The notes under the pieces: generated by a model
Told to the model about the DNA's origin: nothing
The model's input: the letters and a program-made list of their open reading frames with translations, nothing else
The model's database searches: none
Position numbers and translations under genes: made by a program
Shown here: piece after piece, positions 9,939 to 18,472 of the stretch
Position numbering within the stretch: position 1 is the first letter of the stretch
Layout of the letters: each line of letters opens with the position of its first letter
Assembly: GCA_037142615.1 (NCBI GenBank)
Contig: JBAXAI010000018.1
Coordinates: 11,394-75,393 of the forward strand
Source of the DNA: Spirochaetales bacterium
GTDB taxonomy: Bacteria > Spirochaetota > Spirochaetia > JABEVK01
Reading direction: 5' to 3'
Length of the DNA: 64,000 nt

Positions 9939-11153
9939 ATGAAAACGACTTTGGGATTTGTTGCGGCGATGGCCGCGTTGGTTTTACTGGGTGGTTGCGC
10001 CGCAATGGGCTTGGGAACGCCTGCACCTGCCACCCCTGCTGGGTACGTTAAGGGTGTGATCACCGCCAAGGGTTCGATTTGGGTGAACGGGGTAGAATAC
10101 CAGACGACCGGTAGCTCGGTCACTGTTGATGGCTCGTCTACGGGCACCGATGCTGACCTGAAGGTCGGTATGACCGTCGAGTTCAATGCCAGCGTCGACG
10201 CGAGCGGCAAGGCAACCGTTAAGACCGTGGCCTACGAAAGCGGCGTCAAGGGCCTCGTCGAGGTCGCGGGTGACCTGACGACCGGGCAATTTACGGTGCT
10301 TGGGCAGGTCGTGCAGACCGGACTTTCCACCGTCATCGAAGGCGCTGCCGACGTCACGGGTGTGACTGTCGGCAAGTTTGTCGAGGTCAGCGGCCAGCTG
10401 GACGCTACGAACGTTCTCGTCGCGACGCGGGTCGAAGTGAAGAGTTTTGGCTCCGGCGATGAACTGAAATTGAAGGGTGAGGTCAGCGCTCTCGATACAG
10501 TTGCCAAGACCTTTGTTTTGACTTTGGAAAACGCCAAGACTTATACAATTGACTACTCAACCGCCGCCGCCGATAAGGTCGACTCGGCCTTGGCAAACAA
10601 GTCCAAAGTCCGGGTTAAGTTTGCTACGTCCCCCGCTGGTTCGACCATCACCGCAACCTCCGTGACGCTCAAGAAGCAGGACGTCAAACCGGAAAGCGGC
10701 AGCAAGGGCGAACTCGAAGGAATTGTCAGCTCGTACGTCGCTGACCCCCTCAGTTTCACGCTTGACGGTACCCCCGTGTCAGCCACGGGCGACGTCGCCA
10801 GCAAGGCGCTCGCTGCGGGACTCGCCGACGGTAAGAAGGTCGGGGTCAAGGGAGACGTCGGGGCTGACGGTGTTCTGGTTGCCACCAAGATCGAAGTCCA
10901 GAAGAGCGACAAAGAGCTGAAGGGCGATCTGAAGGAGTTTGACGGCGCCGTAACGGCCGTCGACATCACGCTCGACACATTCGCCATCGATAGTACCACC
11001 TATTACGTCACTTCGAAGACGATCTTCCATGACAAAGATTGGACCGGCACCGACCCACTAGCGAAGCTCGGGGTGGGTGACCAAGTAGAAGGGAAGGCTC
11101 TCAAGGGCACAGACGGAATGTACAGCGTCATCGTGCTCGAAAAGCACAACTGA
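9939..11153 (+). CDS. Repeat-domain lipoprotein (DUF5666-like OB-fold repeats)
   Basis: Lipobox LGGC; about 5 repeats such as 'VEVSG...LVATRVE' and 'VGVKG...LVATKIE'; GAGGAG RBS. Confidence 0.75.
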   Translation: MKTTLGFVAAMAALVLLGGCAAMGLGTPAPATPAGYVKGVITAKGSIWVNGVEYQTTGSSVTVDGSSTGTDADLKVGMTVEFNASVDASGKATVKTVAYESGVKGLVEVAGDLTTGQFTVLGQVVQTGLSTVIEGAADVTGVTVGKFVEVSGQLDATNVLVATRVEVKSFGSGDELKLKGEVSALDTVAKTFVLTLENAKTYTIDYSTAAADKVDSALANKSKVRVKFATSPAGSTITATSVTLKKQDVKPESGSKGELEGIVSSYVADPLSFTLDGTPVSATGDVASKALAAGLADGKKVGVKGDVGADGVLVATKIEVQKSDKELKGDLKEFDGAVTAVDITLDTFAIDSTTYYVTSKTIFHDKDWTGTDPLAKLGVGDQVEGKALKGTDGMYSVIVLEKHN

Positions 11154-11173
11154 GAACTCCAAACCACGGAATG

Positions 11174-11213
11174 GCAAGAGCCCTCATGGAGCCCGTGAGG
11201 GCTCTTGCTTTTT
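11174..11213 (+). terminator. Rho-independent terminator
   Basis: 13-bp stem GCAAGAGCCCTCA/TGAGGGCTCTTGC followed by TTTTT. Confidence 0.85.
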
Positions 11214-11237
11214 GGGGCTACCTCGTTAGCACCCACA

Positions 11238-11266
11238 TTGCGAGCGCGCCATTGCCGGTGTAGACT
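11238..11266 (+). promoter_or_regulatory. Putative sigma70 promoter, leaderless SDR transcript
   Basis: TTGCGA-17-TAGACT-6 nt-ATG. Confidence 0.6.
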
Positions 11267-11272
11267 GAAAGG

Positions 11273-12106
11273 ATGAAGAAAAGCATCCTCATCACCGGCA
11301 GCGCTACGGGCATCGGCCTAGCTGGGGCCTTTCATTTGGGCCAACGTGGCTGGAAAGTGCTCCTCCACGCTCGCAGTGAAGCGCGCGGTCAGTCGGCGCT
11401 CGACAACCTGCGCCAGGCAAACCCCGAAGGGGACTACCAATTGGTCACCGGTGACTTGGCGAGCCTTGACGAGGTGCGGGCGCTGGCGGTGCAGGTCAAG
11501 CGTCAGCTTCCGCGATTGGACGTGCTCTGGAATAATGCCGGACTCATGGTGAACGAGCGCCAAACCTCGGCTGACGGCTGGGAACTCCAGATGGCCGTGA
11601 ATCACTTGGCCCCCTTCGTGCTCACCCGCGAACTGATGCCCTTGTTACTGAACCCGGGTGGGCGGGTCATCACCACCAGCTCGGCTGCCCACGTCGCCGG
11701 CAAGATCCGCTGGAACGATTGGATGGACGAGGGACGCAAGTACAATCCTTTTGTCACCTACAGCAAGACCAAGCTGGCCAACATTTTGTTCACCCGCGAA
11801 CTGGCCCACCGCTATGGGGCCGACGGTCTCACGGCGCACTGTTTCCACCCCGGGTTTGTCCGCACCGAGTTTGGCAAGTCGCGCGAAGGCGCCCACAAAA
11901 AGACCTTTGTCGACTACCTCACGTTCGCCCAGATTTCGCCGGAAACCGGTTGCGACACGGGCGTCTTTCTGGCAGAAACCGACCTGTTGCCGGGGCCGAA
12001 CGGTTCGTACTGGTCGACCAGAAAGGTGCGGCGACCAGCCGGCGAAGCCAGCTCGACGAATGCCGCCTTGCTTTGGGAACTCAGCGAGAGGGCCATTGGC
12101 GACTAG
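11273..12106 (+). CDS. Short-chain dehydrogenase/reductase (retinol dehydrogenase-like)
   Basis: TGSATGIG, NNAG, VNHLAPF, YSKTK catalytic YxxxK, HPGFV. Confidence 0.92.
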   Translation: MKKSILITGSATGIGLAGAFHLGQRGWKVLLHARSEARGQSALDNLRQANPEGDYQLVTGDLASLDEVRALAVQVKRQLPRLDVLWNNAGLMVNERQTSADGWELQMAVNHLAPFVLTRELMPLLLNPGGRVITTSSAAHVAGKIRWNDWMDEGRKYNPFVTYSKTKLANILFTRELAHRYGADGLTAHCFHPGFVRTEFGKSREGAHKKTFVDYLTFAQISPETGCDTGVFLAETDLLPGPNGSYWSTRKVRRPAGEASSTNAALLWELSERAIGD

Positions 12107-12108
12107 AA

Positions 12109-12888
12109 TCAGCGGGGCGTGAACTGGTACATAGCTGTCTTGGGGTTTTCACCGTAGTAGGCGACAAATTCCAAGCCCTTGGGACCCTTGGTATAGGCGA
12201 GGTAGAAATGATGCGGGAAGAAAAAGGCCGCGAAACCCACCAGTGACATGTCGGCCACCACGTAGTTCCCCACAGGGACGGCCTTGCGAAACTCCTCGGG
12301 ATAATCGTACTTGGTGCTCAGCGCCAGTGGATTGTCGGTCTCCAGGAACACGATCTGGAAGTCCCCTACCAGGCCTCCGTCGGGCGAAAGGCTTTTGAGG
12401 AGCAATCCATCGCGAATCCCGGCCTTCCACGCTTGGTAGACGACGTTGCTGATTTCCGTCTGCAAGGCGAAACCCGGACCCAGACTGGAGGTTCGCTCGG
12501 ACTGCGCTTTTCCGTTTATTGAAACAACGGTCTGAACCAGGTTTCGGGCTTCATCCACGGATTGCTGGAAGCGTTTGCCCTGGCTCGTTGTTTCCAGAGC
12601 GCTGATCAGCGTGCCATCCCTGTGAAACCGCTGGAGAAGTGAGACTTCGGCGTTCGAGGCTTCCACCGTGTAGGTTCCGTCCGAGCCATTCGTCCGCCTG
12701 AGCGTATACTGCTGACGGGTTGTGCCACGCTCGCTCTTCATCAGGATGACCAAAGGAGCCTCGGAGGGGAGGTCAAGGCTTTGGCTGCGGACTCTTTGGT
12801 CCACAGTGCTGAGCTCAGTCAGCGAGAAGAGCGGTACCATCAGACTACTCACGGCCACGAGAACGAAAAGTCGAAGCACCTGCGACAT
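12109..12888 (-). CDS. Hypothetical secreted protein
   Basis: Signal-peptide-like N-terminus; GGAGGG RBS; fills the gap between two genes. Confidence 0.65.
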   Translation of the reverse strand: MSQVLRLFVLVAVSSLMVPLFSLTELSTVDQRVRSQSLDLPSEAPLVILMKSERGTTRQQYTLRRTNGSDGTYTVEASNAEVSLLQRFHRDGTLISALETTSQGKRFQQSVDEARNLVQTVVSINGKAQSERTSSLGPGFALQTEISNVVYQAWKAGIRDGLLLKSLSPDGGLVGDFQIVFLETDNPLALSTKYDYPEEFRKAVPVGNYVVADMSLVGFAAFFFPHHFYLAYTKGPKGLEFVAYYGENPKTAMYQFTPR

Positions 12889-12962
12889 GAACCCTCCTGC
12901 CTGCCAAGATACTGCCATTTGGCTTGTTTTGGAGCCCGTTTTTGCTCTAGGATGAAGAAACC

Positions 12963-14021
12963 ATGCCGTTCACGACCGATGACCTTCGAGTTCAGGCCCT
13001 CAAGCCTCTTCTGCCGCCCGCCATTCTGATGGAGGAAATCCCCGCCACCGAAAGTCTGCAGCGCTTTGTCGCCGAAAGCCGCCAAACTTGTGAGGCTGTC
13101 ATTCAGGGCAAAGACGACCGGCTGCTGGTCATTGTCGGTCCGTGTTCTATCCATGACGTCAAAGCGGGGCGGGAGTACGCAGAGAGGCTGTCGGCAGTCA
13201 GGCAAAGGCTCAAGGGTGATTTGGAAATCGTGATGCGCGTGTATTTTGAAAAGCCCCGGTCGCGCTCGGGTTGGAAAGGGCTCATCAACGACCCGTTCAT
13301 CGACGGAAGTTTTCAGATCAACAAGGGGCTCCGCATCGCCCGTCAGTTTCTTGTCGATGTCGTGTCGCTGGGAGTTCCCACTGCGGTCGAGTACCTCGAC
13401 ACCATCAGCCCCCAATTCATCGCCGACTGTGTTACTTGGGGTGCGATCGGCGCGCGAACCACCGAGAGCCAGGTGCACCGCGAGCTCGCCTCGGGTCTCT
13501 CGACCCCGGTCGGCTTCAAGAACGGTACGGACGGAAACATCAAAATCGCCATCGACGCAATCCACGCCTCACGCAATCCGCACCACTTCTTGTCGGTCAC
13601 CAAACAGGGAGTGGCGGCCATCGTCAGCACCCGCGGAAACAAGATGGGACACCTTATTCTGCGCGGCGCCGGGACCGCTCCCAACTACGACGAAGTTTCC
13701 GTAAAGGCCGCGTGCGCTTCACTCGTCGAAGCGGGATTGCCCGGTTCGCTGATGGTCGATTGTTCGCACGGCAACTCCCAAAAGGACCACCTGAAGCAAC
13801 CCCTTGCCGCCGCCGAAGTGGCACGTCAGTTGGCCGCCGGTTCACACGACATTTTTGGGGTGATGCTCGAAAGCCACCTGGTGGGCGGCAACCAGAAGGA
13901 AAGTCCCCTCGAGAAGCTGGTCTACGGCCAGTCGATTACCGACGCTTGCCTCAGCTGGGACGATACCGTGCCGGTGCTCGAGCAGTTGGCGGCTGCCGTG
14001 AGGTCGCGGCGCAAGCCCTGA
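12963..14021 (+). CDS. aroG: DAHP synthase, class I-alpha (AroF/G/H type)
   Basis: GPCSIHD, MRVYFEKPR, GWKGLINDP, IGARTTESQVHRE, DCSHGNS, YGQSITDAC; isoenzyme assignment uncertain. Confidence 0.93.
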   Translation: MPFTTDDLRVQALKPLLPPAILMEEIPATESLQRFVAESRQTCEAVIQGKDDRLLVIVGPCSIHDVKAGREYAERLSAVRQRLKGDLEIVMRVYFEKPRSRSGWKGLINDPFIDGSFQINKGLRIARQFLVDVVSLGVPTAVEYLDTISPQFIADCVTWGAIGARTTESQVHRELASGLSTPVGFKNGTDGNIKIAIDAIHASRNPHHFLSVTKQGVAAIVSTRGNKMGHLILRGAGTAPNYDEVSVKAACASLVEAGLPGSLMVDCSHGNSQKDHLKQPLAAAEVARQLAAGSHDIFGVMLESHLVGGNQKESPLEKLVYGQSITDACLSWDDTVPVLEQLAAAVRSRRKP

Positions 14022-14704
14022 GACACTTTGCCGAAGTTCCGCTTGCGGCGCGCAAACTCGGCCAAAGCTTCGTTGAGGTCTGTCCCTGTCCAGTCGGGCC
14101 AGAGGGTTTCACTGAACGAAAACTCGGCGTAAGCCGCGCGCCATAGCTGAAAATTGCTCAGCCGCTGTTCGCCTGAGGTGCGGATCACCAGGTCAAGGTC
14201 GGGCACCTCGGGGTGGTCGAGCGCCGACGCCAGGTCCGCTTCGTTGGGGACTTCGCCGGGGCGACGGGCCATCCAGCGCCTCACGGCCCGCGCGATCTCG
14301 TCGCGACCCCCGTGGTTCAACGCGAGGTTGACGGTCATCCCCCCATGTTCCCGGGTGGCAGACTCAACCCGGCGCAGCGACTTTTGCACATTCGCCGGGA
14401 GCGCCTCCAAGTCCCCGCTGGCGACGACCCGCAAATCCAGTTCGTGGTAGAACTCCATTTCGGCTTCGAGATGCTTACCGATCAGTCCCATCAGGAACTC
14501 GACCTCGCGCACGGGGCGTCCGTGGTTCTCGGTCGAAAAAACGTACAGGGTGAGGTAGCGGATCCCGGTCTCGGCTGCGGCGCGCGTCACCCTGCGGGCG
14601 GCCTTGAGGCCTTCGAGGTGGCCCTGTGACCGGTCTTTGCCCTGTCGAGTGGCCCAGCGGCCATTGCCGTCCATGATGATGCCGACGTGCTGTGGTGTGC
14701 TCAT
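13922..14704 (-). CDS. uppS: Undecaprenyl/polyprenyl diphosphate synthase
   Basis: HVGIIMDGNGRWA, FSTEN, HGGRDEI, DLVIRTSGEQRLSNF, LWPD; the C-terminal tail overlaps the aro gene by 100 nt. Confidence 0.93.
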   Translation of the reverse strand: MSTPQHVGIIMDGNGRWATRQGKDRSQGHLEGLKAARRVTRAAAETGIRYLTLYVFSTENHGRPVREVEFLMGLIGKHLEAEMEFYHELDLRVVASGDLEALPANVQKSLRRVESATREHGGMTVNLALNHGGRDEIARAVRRWMARRPGEVPNEADLASALDHPEVPDLDLVIRTSGEQRLSNFQLWRAAYAEFSFSETLWPDWTGTDLNEALAEFARRKRNFGKVSQGLRRDLTAAANCSSTGTVSSQLRQASVIDWP

Positions 14705-14782
14705 AGAAGCAGTATGCCCGGCGATGGTGGCGAAACCCATGGGAAGCCCTGAGAAAAACGGCCCATGTGCTATAGTAACCTC

Positions 14783-15772
14783 ATGCGCTGGACCGATTTC
14801 CTGGTTCCCTTGTTGGCAGTTTTGACAAGTTTGCCGCCCCTCACCGTGGCGTGGTTGGCCGGCCATAAATCCAAAGACCCCGCCCGTCGGCTGTTTGCCG
14901 GGGGGTTGGCTTTGGTCGCCGCCATCATCTTTCTGGTGAGCACCGGGGTGTTTCTCGACGTGGCCGGGGTCGCCACCGCTACCGGGGCCACCGCGCTCGC
15001 CCCAATCGCGGGGCTGAAGTTCCTGTTCTGGAACCTTACGTTTCTGCTTGCGTTTGGCAGTTTGTTGGTTCTGCGGCATTTTATCACGCGAGTGCTTCCG
15101 GGCCCGCACCGGCGGCCGCTCCTGTTCTGGGTCCTCAGCGCCGTTTTCTACGCGGTCACTCTGGTGCTCGCTTTTGGTGTCACTCCGCCTTTGATCGATT
15201 TCCGAAGCACCACCGCCTCGGTGTTGGGGAGTCTGTACTACCTTGGGGGGATCACTTTGCCTGGTTGGAAAATGTGGCGTCGCCGCCAGGTTCTTCCGAC
15301 CTGGTTCTCGCCTACCGTCGAGTTGCTCGTGCGCATTTTGCTCCCACTGGGAGTGCTCGCGGCGCTGTGGGAGGGACTTCGTTTTTGGAACCCCGCCTGG
15401 CCTGCGGTTTCTGCCATTCCCGTGGTGTTCTTCGTTTTCTTTGCCCTCGTGGGGCTCGAGTTGGTGCGCCGATTCCCCATGGCCAGCGCTTCTGGAAGCC
15501 CGATGGAAAAGGCCGAACGGCTGGCAGCACGTTTCCCTGCACAGAACATCACTGCCCGCGAAAAACAAGTGCTCTCACACCTGCTTGAAGGCCACAAGAA
15601 CACCGAAATAGCCGCAGTCCTGGGCGTGTCGGCGCACACGGTGAAGAATCACATCTACAACCTTTACCAGAAGTTGGGCACCGACACCAGGCTGGAGTTG
15701 CTGGCGCTGGTCATGGACTCGAGCCCTATGGACTCGAGCCCTACGGGCTCTTCGGAAACTCGAGCGAAATGA
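14783..15772 (+). CDS. Membrane-anchored LuxR-family regulator (about 7 TM + C-terminal HTH)
   Basis: Hydrophobic N-terminal region; ITAREKQVL..GHKNTEIA..VSAHTVKNHIYNLYQKL; TG-C-TATAGT 6 nt before the ATG. Confidence 0.85.
   Translation: MRWTDFLVPLLAVLTSLPPLTVAWLAGHKSKDPARRLFAGGLALVAAIIFLVSTGVFLDVAGVATATGATALAPIAGLKFLFWNLTFLLAFGSLLVLRHFITRVLPGPHRRPLLFWVLSAVFYAVTLVLAFGVTPPLIDFRSTTASVLGSLYYLGGITLPGWKMWRRRQVLPTWFSPTVELLVRILLPLGVLAALWEGLRFWNPAWPAVSAIPVVFFVFFALVGLELVRRFPMASASGSPMEKAERLAARFPAQNITAREKQVLSHLLEGHKNTEIAAVLGVSAHTVKNHIYNLYQKLGTDTRLELLALVMDSSPMDSSPTGSSETRAK
15713..15742 (+). repeat. 15-bp perfect tandem duplication (ATGGACTCGAGCCCT x2)
   Basis: Seen directly; encodes MDSSP-MDSSP. Confidence 0.9.
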
Positions 15773-18074
15773 CCTGACCCTTTTCGGGGTTGAAGAGCTT
15801 GATCAGCAAGGTGTTGTCGTTCTCGTACCAGGCCGCGCTGCGGTCGGTGTCGGTGATGCCGAACGAGTCGCCGTACTTGGGAATGACCTTGTTGTCGATC
15901 TTCACCGTCTTGGGATTGTAAACCTTATGGAGCCGAAAGAGGACATAGGGGTCCGAATACCGCATCCGGGGTCCCGAATCGACCACTTCGCTGGAAATTT
16001 CCATCGAGTTGGCCCGGTAACTGAACTGGAAGTCCACCGTGGTGATCAGCCCCCGTTCGTCGTCACGGGTGAGGCCGTCGTCTACCGAGTACCTGCCTTT
16101 TCCGACGCCGCCAGGGTACACGTGGAAGGTCAGGGGGTTGTAGGTCGCCTTGTCGTCGAACACTTCGGCTTCGCGCACAGCCACGAAACCTCCCGCCTTG
16201 GTGAAGACCAGCGGGAAGTCGGGGCTGGTGGGCAAGTCGTAGGCCTGTCCCCCCGAGAACTCCTCGCCGGCCGGGAACTGGAACCAGACTCCCCCGCCCG
16301 GCAAATAGACCTTGCGCGTCGGGTTGCCGTCGACCGCCGGAGCGATAAGCAGATTATCGCCCAAAAGGAACTCGTCGCGGATGGCCCGCACTTTCGGGTC
16401 GCTGGCGTAGCTCCAAAGGAGGGGCCGCAGAGCCGGCACGCCGGTTGGTGCGGCCTGGCGAAGAACTTCCACCATGGTCGGCTTGAGAGTAGAACGGCGG
16501 TCGAGCACGGCTTTGAACAGTTTCTTGTCTTTGTCGGTCAGGCTCAACCACCACGACAGGGGGTCGGGGCCGGCGTCGAGCACGAGGTAGGGGTTGAGCA
16601 GGGCCATCTGCAGGCCCCTCCAGGCCGCCGGAGCCTTGGCAGGATCGGCAAGCGGCCGCACATCAAGCCTGATCAGTGCCGTCCCCAAGCCGGAAAGGCC
16701 AGCCGAGAGCACTTTGTCGAGGGTCAGTTGGTCGTCGACGCCTGCCGTTGCCAAGATTTCGGGCGCGCCCCAGCGCGATGAGCCGGTGAAGCCCGTCTGC
16801 CACGTGTTCCACGGCCGGAAGCTCGGAAAGGCCGCGCGTTGGGCCTCGGCGGCCTTCTGCGCCCCCCAAACCGCAAACGGATTGTTGCTCCGAGCCAAGA
16901 GTGACTTGAGTCCCCGGTCGTCGAAAGTTGTGTCCCAAAGGGCTTCGCCGGGAACGAGAGACGAGGTGTCCACAGCCTGTCCCAGAGCCCAACTCGGCGA
17001 AGGGGACAGACCTACGCTGAAATGGGCCGCTTCGAGGGCCTTTGCCTCGGCCTCGCTGGTGTTGCCTTGGCGAACCTGGCCCACGGAAAGCTTGGCCCTT
17101 CGCAAGAAATCGCCATTGCTCCCGTCGGGCAACACAAACCCTGCCGTGGTCGCCCAGGCTGGGGAGCGGGGAGTACGACCGACCACCGTGGTCAATCCAG
17201 CGATTACCTCGCCGGGGCCTTTCCCGGTCCAAAAGACCAGATCGAGCCCTCCGTTGAGGGTGCCGAAAAAGGCCTTCGCCGGATCGAGCTGAATGTAGCT
17301 TTGGTAGGAGCTATCGATCAGCACCCCGAACGGCGGCGCGGCTCCGGGTCCGTTGGCACCAGCCGCGAGCAGGAAGGGGATGCCCCAAGGTCCACTTTCT
17401 GCGTTGGGTCCCGCCCACAGCTTGACCCACTGGCCTGACTTGTCGAAGCCCTGCGACGGGGGGGAAAGCCCCGCAGTTCCCAGGCCCGTCCAGATCGGCT
17501 GAGCCGCCATCGAAAACTCCTGCTTCAGGCGCTTTTTGAGGAACATCGGACCCGAGGGGGTCTTCCACAGCAGCGTGCCGGCGGAGCGGACCTCGCAAGC
17601 CAGGGTTGCCTTGTCGAGCCTCCACTCCAGGTCGCTTGTGGCCGCAACAAGGTGGGTCGGTGTCTCGCTCACGGTCAGGTCGAACCGGCCTTCGGGCCAA
17701 GTCCGGGGTCCGGGTGACGAAGGCGAAACGTCGTTTGCGGGAGGAAACCACAGCCGGAAGCTCTTCGTGGTCAAAAACTGCACCGAGGCGAGCTTGCCCC
17801 CCTCGAGCGTGAGCCCGAGCCCGTTCCCCTCGCGCGTCCACGAACTCAGCGCCGGAAGCGGAGCCCACGAACCCTCGAGGAACTCGGTCTTGCTCACCAG
17901 GCGGTGGTCGTCGTCGATTTCGGGTGGCTTGGGCGGGGGTGGCAATGGCTCAACCACCTCCGGCACAATCACTGGCTCTACCACTTTGGGCGGAGGCGAA
18001 GCGCACTGCGAAAGCACGAGCTGGAGCGCGAGAAAAGCGGCAAGGAGGGGAAGAACTCGGCGAAGAGACGTCAT
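15741..18074 (-). CDS. GH31-like (alpha-glucosidase fold) lipoprotein, catalytic motifs apparently degenerate
   Basis: Lipobox LSQC + Pro linker; GH31 hallmarks IPF, GGLD, GRTP.SPAWA, GVPALRPL, DEFLLGDNLLIAP, VYLPG, DDG. Confidence 0.75.
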   Translation of the reverse strand: MTSLRRVLPLLAAFLALQLVLSQCASPPPKVVEPVIVPEVVEPLPPPPKPPEIDDDHRLVSKTEFLEGSWAPLPALSSWTREGNGLGLTLEGGKLASVQFLTTKSFRLWFPPANDVSPSSPGPRTWPEGRFDLTVSETPTHLVAATSDLEWRLDKATLACEVRSAGTLLWKTPSGPMFLKKRLKQEFSMAAQPIWTGLGTAGLSPPSQGFDKSGQWVKLWAGPNAESGPWGIPFLLAAGANGPGAAPPFGVLIDSSYQSYIQLDPAKAFFGTLNGGLDLVFWTGKGPGEVIAGLTTVVGRTPRSPAWATTAGFVLPDGSNGDFLRRAKLSVGQVRQGNTSEAEAKALEAAHFSVGLSPSPSWALGQAVDTSSLVPGEALWDTTFDDRGLKSLLARSNNPFAVWGAQKAAEAQRAAFPSFRPWNTWQTGFTGSSRWGAPEILATAGVDDQLTLDKVLSAGLSGLGTALIRLDVRPLADPAKAPAAWRGLQMALLNPYLVLDAGPDPLSWWLSLTDKDKKLFKAVLDRRSTLKPTMVEVLRQAAPTGVPALRPLLWSYASDPKVRAIRDEFLLGDNLLIAPAVDGNPTRKVYLPGGGVWFQFPAGEEFSGGQAYDLPTSPDFPLVFTKAGGFVAVREAEVFDDKATYNPLTFHVYPGGVGKGRYSVDDGLTRDDERGLITTVDFQFSYRANSMEISSEVVDSGPRMRYSDPYVLFRLHKVYNPKTVKIDNKVIPKYGDSFGITDTDRSAAWYENDNTLLIKLFNPEKGQVISLEFPKSP

Positions 18075-18112
18075 ATCTCTTTATCGGAAGGATTTCAGGA
18101 GAGAAATACCGT

Positions 18113-18150
18113 GATATTCTGCCCGATATAGGGCAAATATCTGGGCAAAT
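18113..18150. promoter_or_regulatory. Palindromic operator-like site between the divergent GH31-like gene and the small-ORF/glmS operon
   Basis: GATATT-C-TGCCC-GATATA-GGGCA-AATATC dyad; GGGCAAAT repeated at 18131 and 18143. Confidence 0.6.
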
Positions 18151-18151
18151 C

Positions 18152-18179
18152 TTGAAATCTCCCGAGAAAACGGTAAGAT
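18152..18179 (+). promoter_or_regulatory. Putative promoter of the small ORF-glmS operon (leaderless)
   Basis: TTGAAA-16-TAAGAT-7 nt-ATG(18187). Confidence 0.6.
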
Positions 18180-18186
18180 GCCCTTC

Positions 18187-18462
18187 ATGGAACACGGCGA
18201 GTCGGCGAACGAACGCGGAATCGAAGCCATCAGCCAGACCTACTCGCTCGACCGAGACCTGGTTCGTCGTCTGGACGAAGAGTTCCGCGCGTTGAGTGCC
18301 GAGACGGTAGAACAGTTTGTCGTTCGCCGCCATCAGGAACTCCAGCGGGCCGGTTGGTCGAACGAGGCCATCTACGAGCAACTGCAACGCGAGACCCGCG
18401 GGGGGCGTTTCCGGGCTCGTGAGCTGAGCGTGCGCCAAGTCAGGCGTCTGATTTACGGATAG
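18187..18462 (+). CDS. Small hypothetical protein upstream of glmS, possibly DNA-binding
   Basis: 91 aa, helical, basic C-terminus LSVRQVRRLIYG; ends 10 nt before glmS, whose AGGAG RBS overlaps the stop. Confidence 0.75.
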   Translation: MEHGESANERGIEAISQTYSLDRDLVRRLDEEFRALSAETVEQFVVRRHQELQRAGWSNEAIYEQLQRETRGGRFRARELSVRQVRRLIYG

Positions 18463-18472
18463 GAGACTACTT

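Noticed and set aside
14705-15568. N-terminally extended 548-aa UppS fusion
   Set aside because: The extension is the antisense of the LuxR gene; UppS homology and a -10 box point to ATG 14704
18075-18472. glmS ribozyme
   Set aside because: The space is occupied by an ORF and promoter; no ribozyme core recognised
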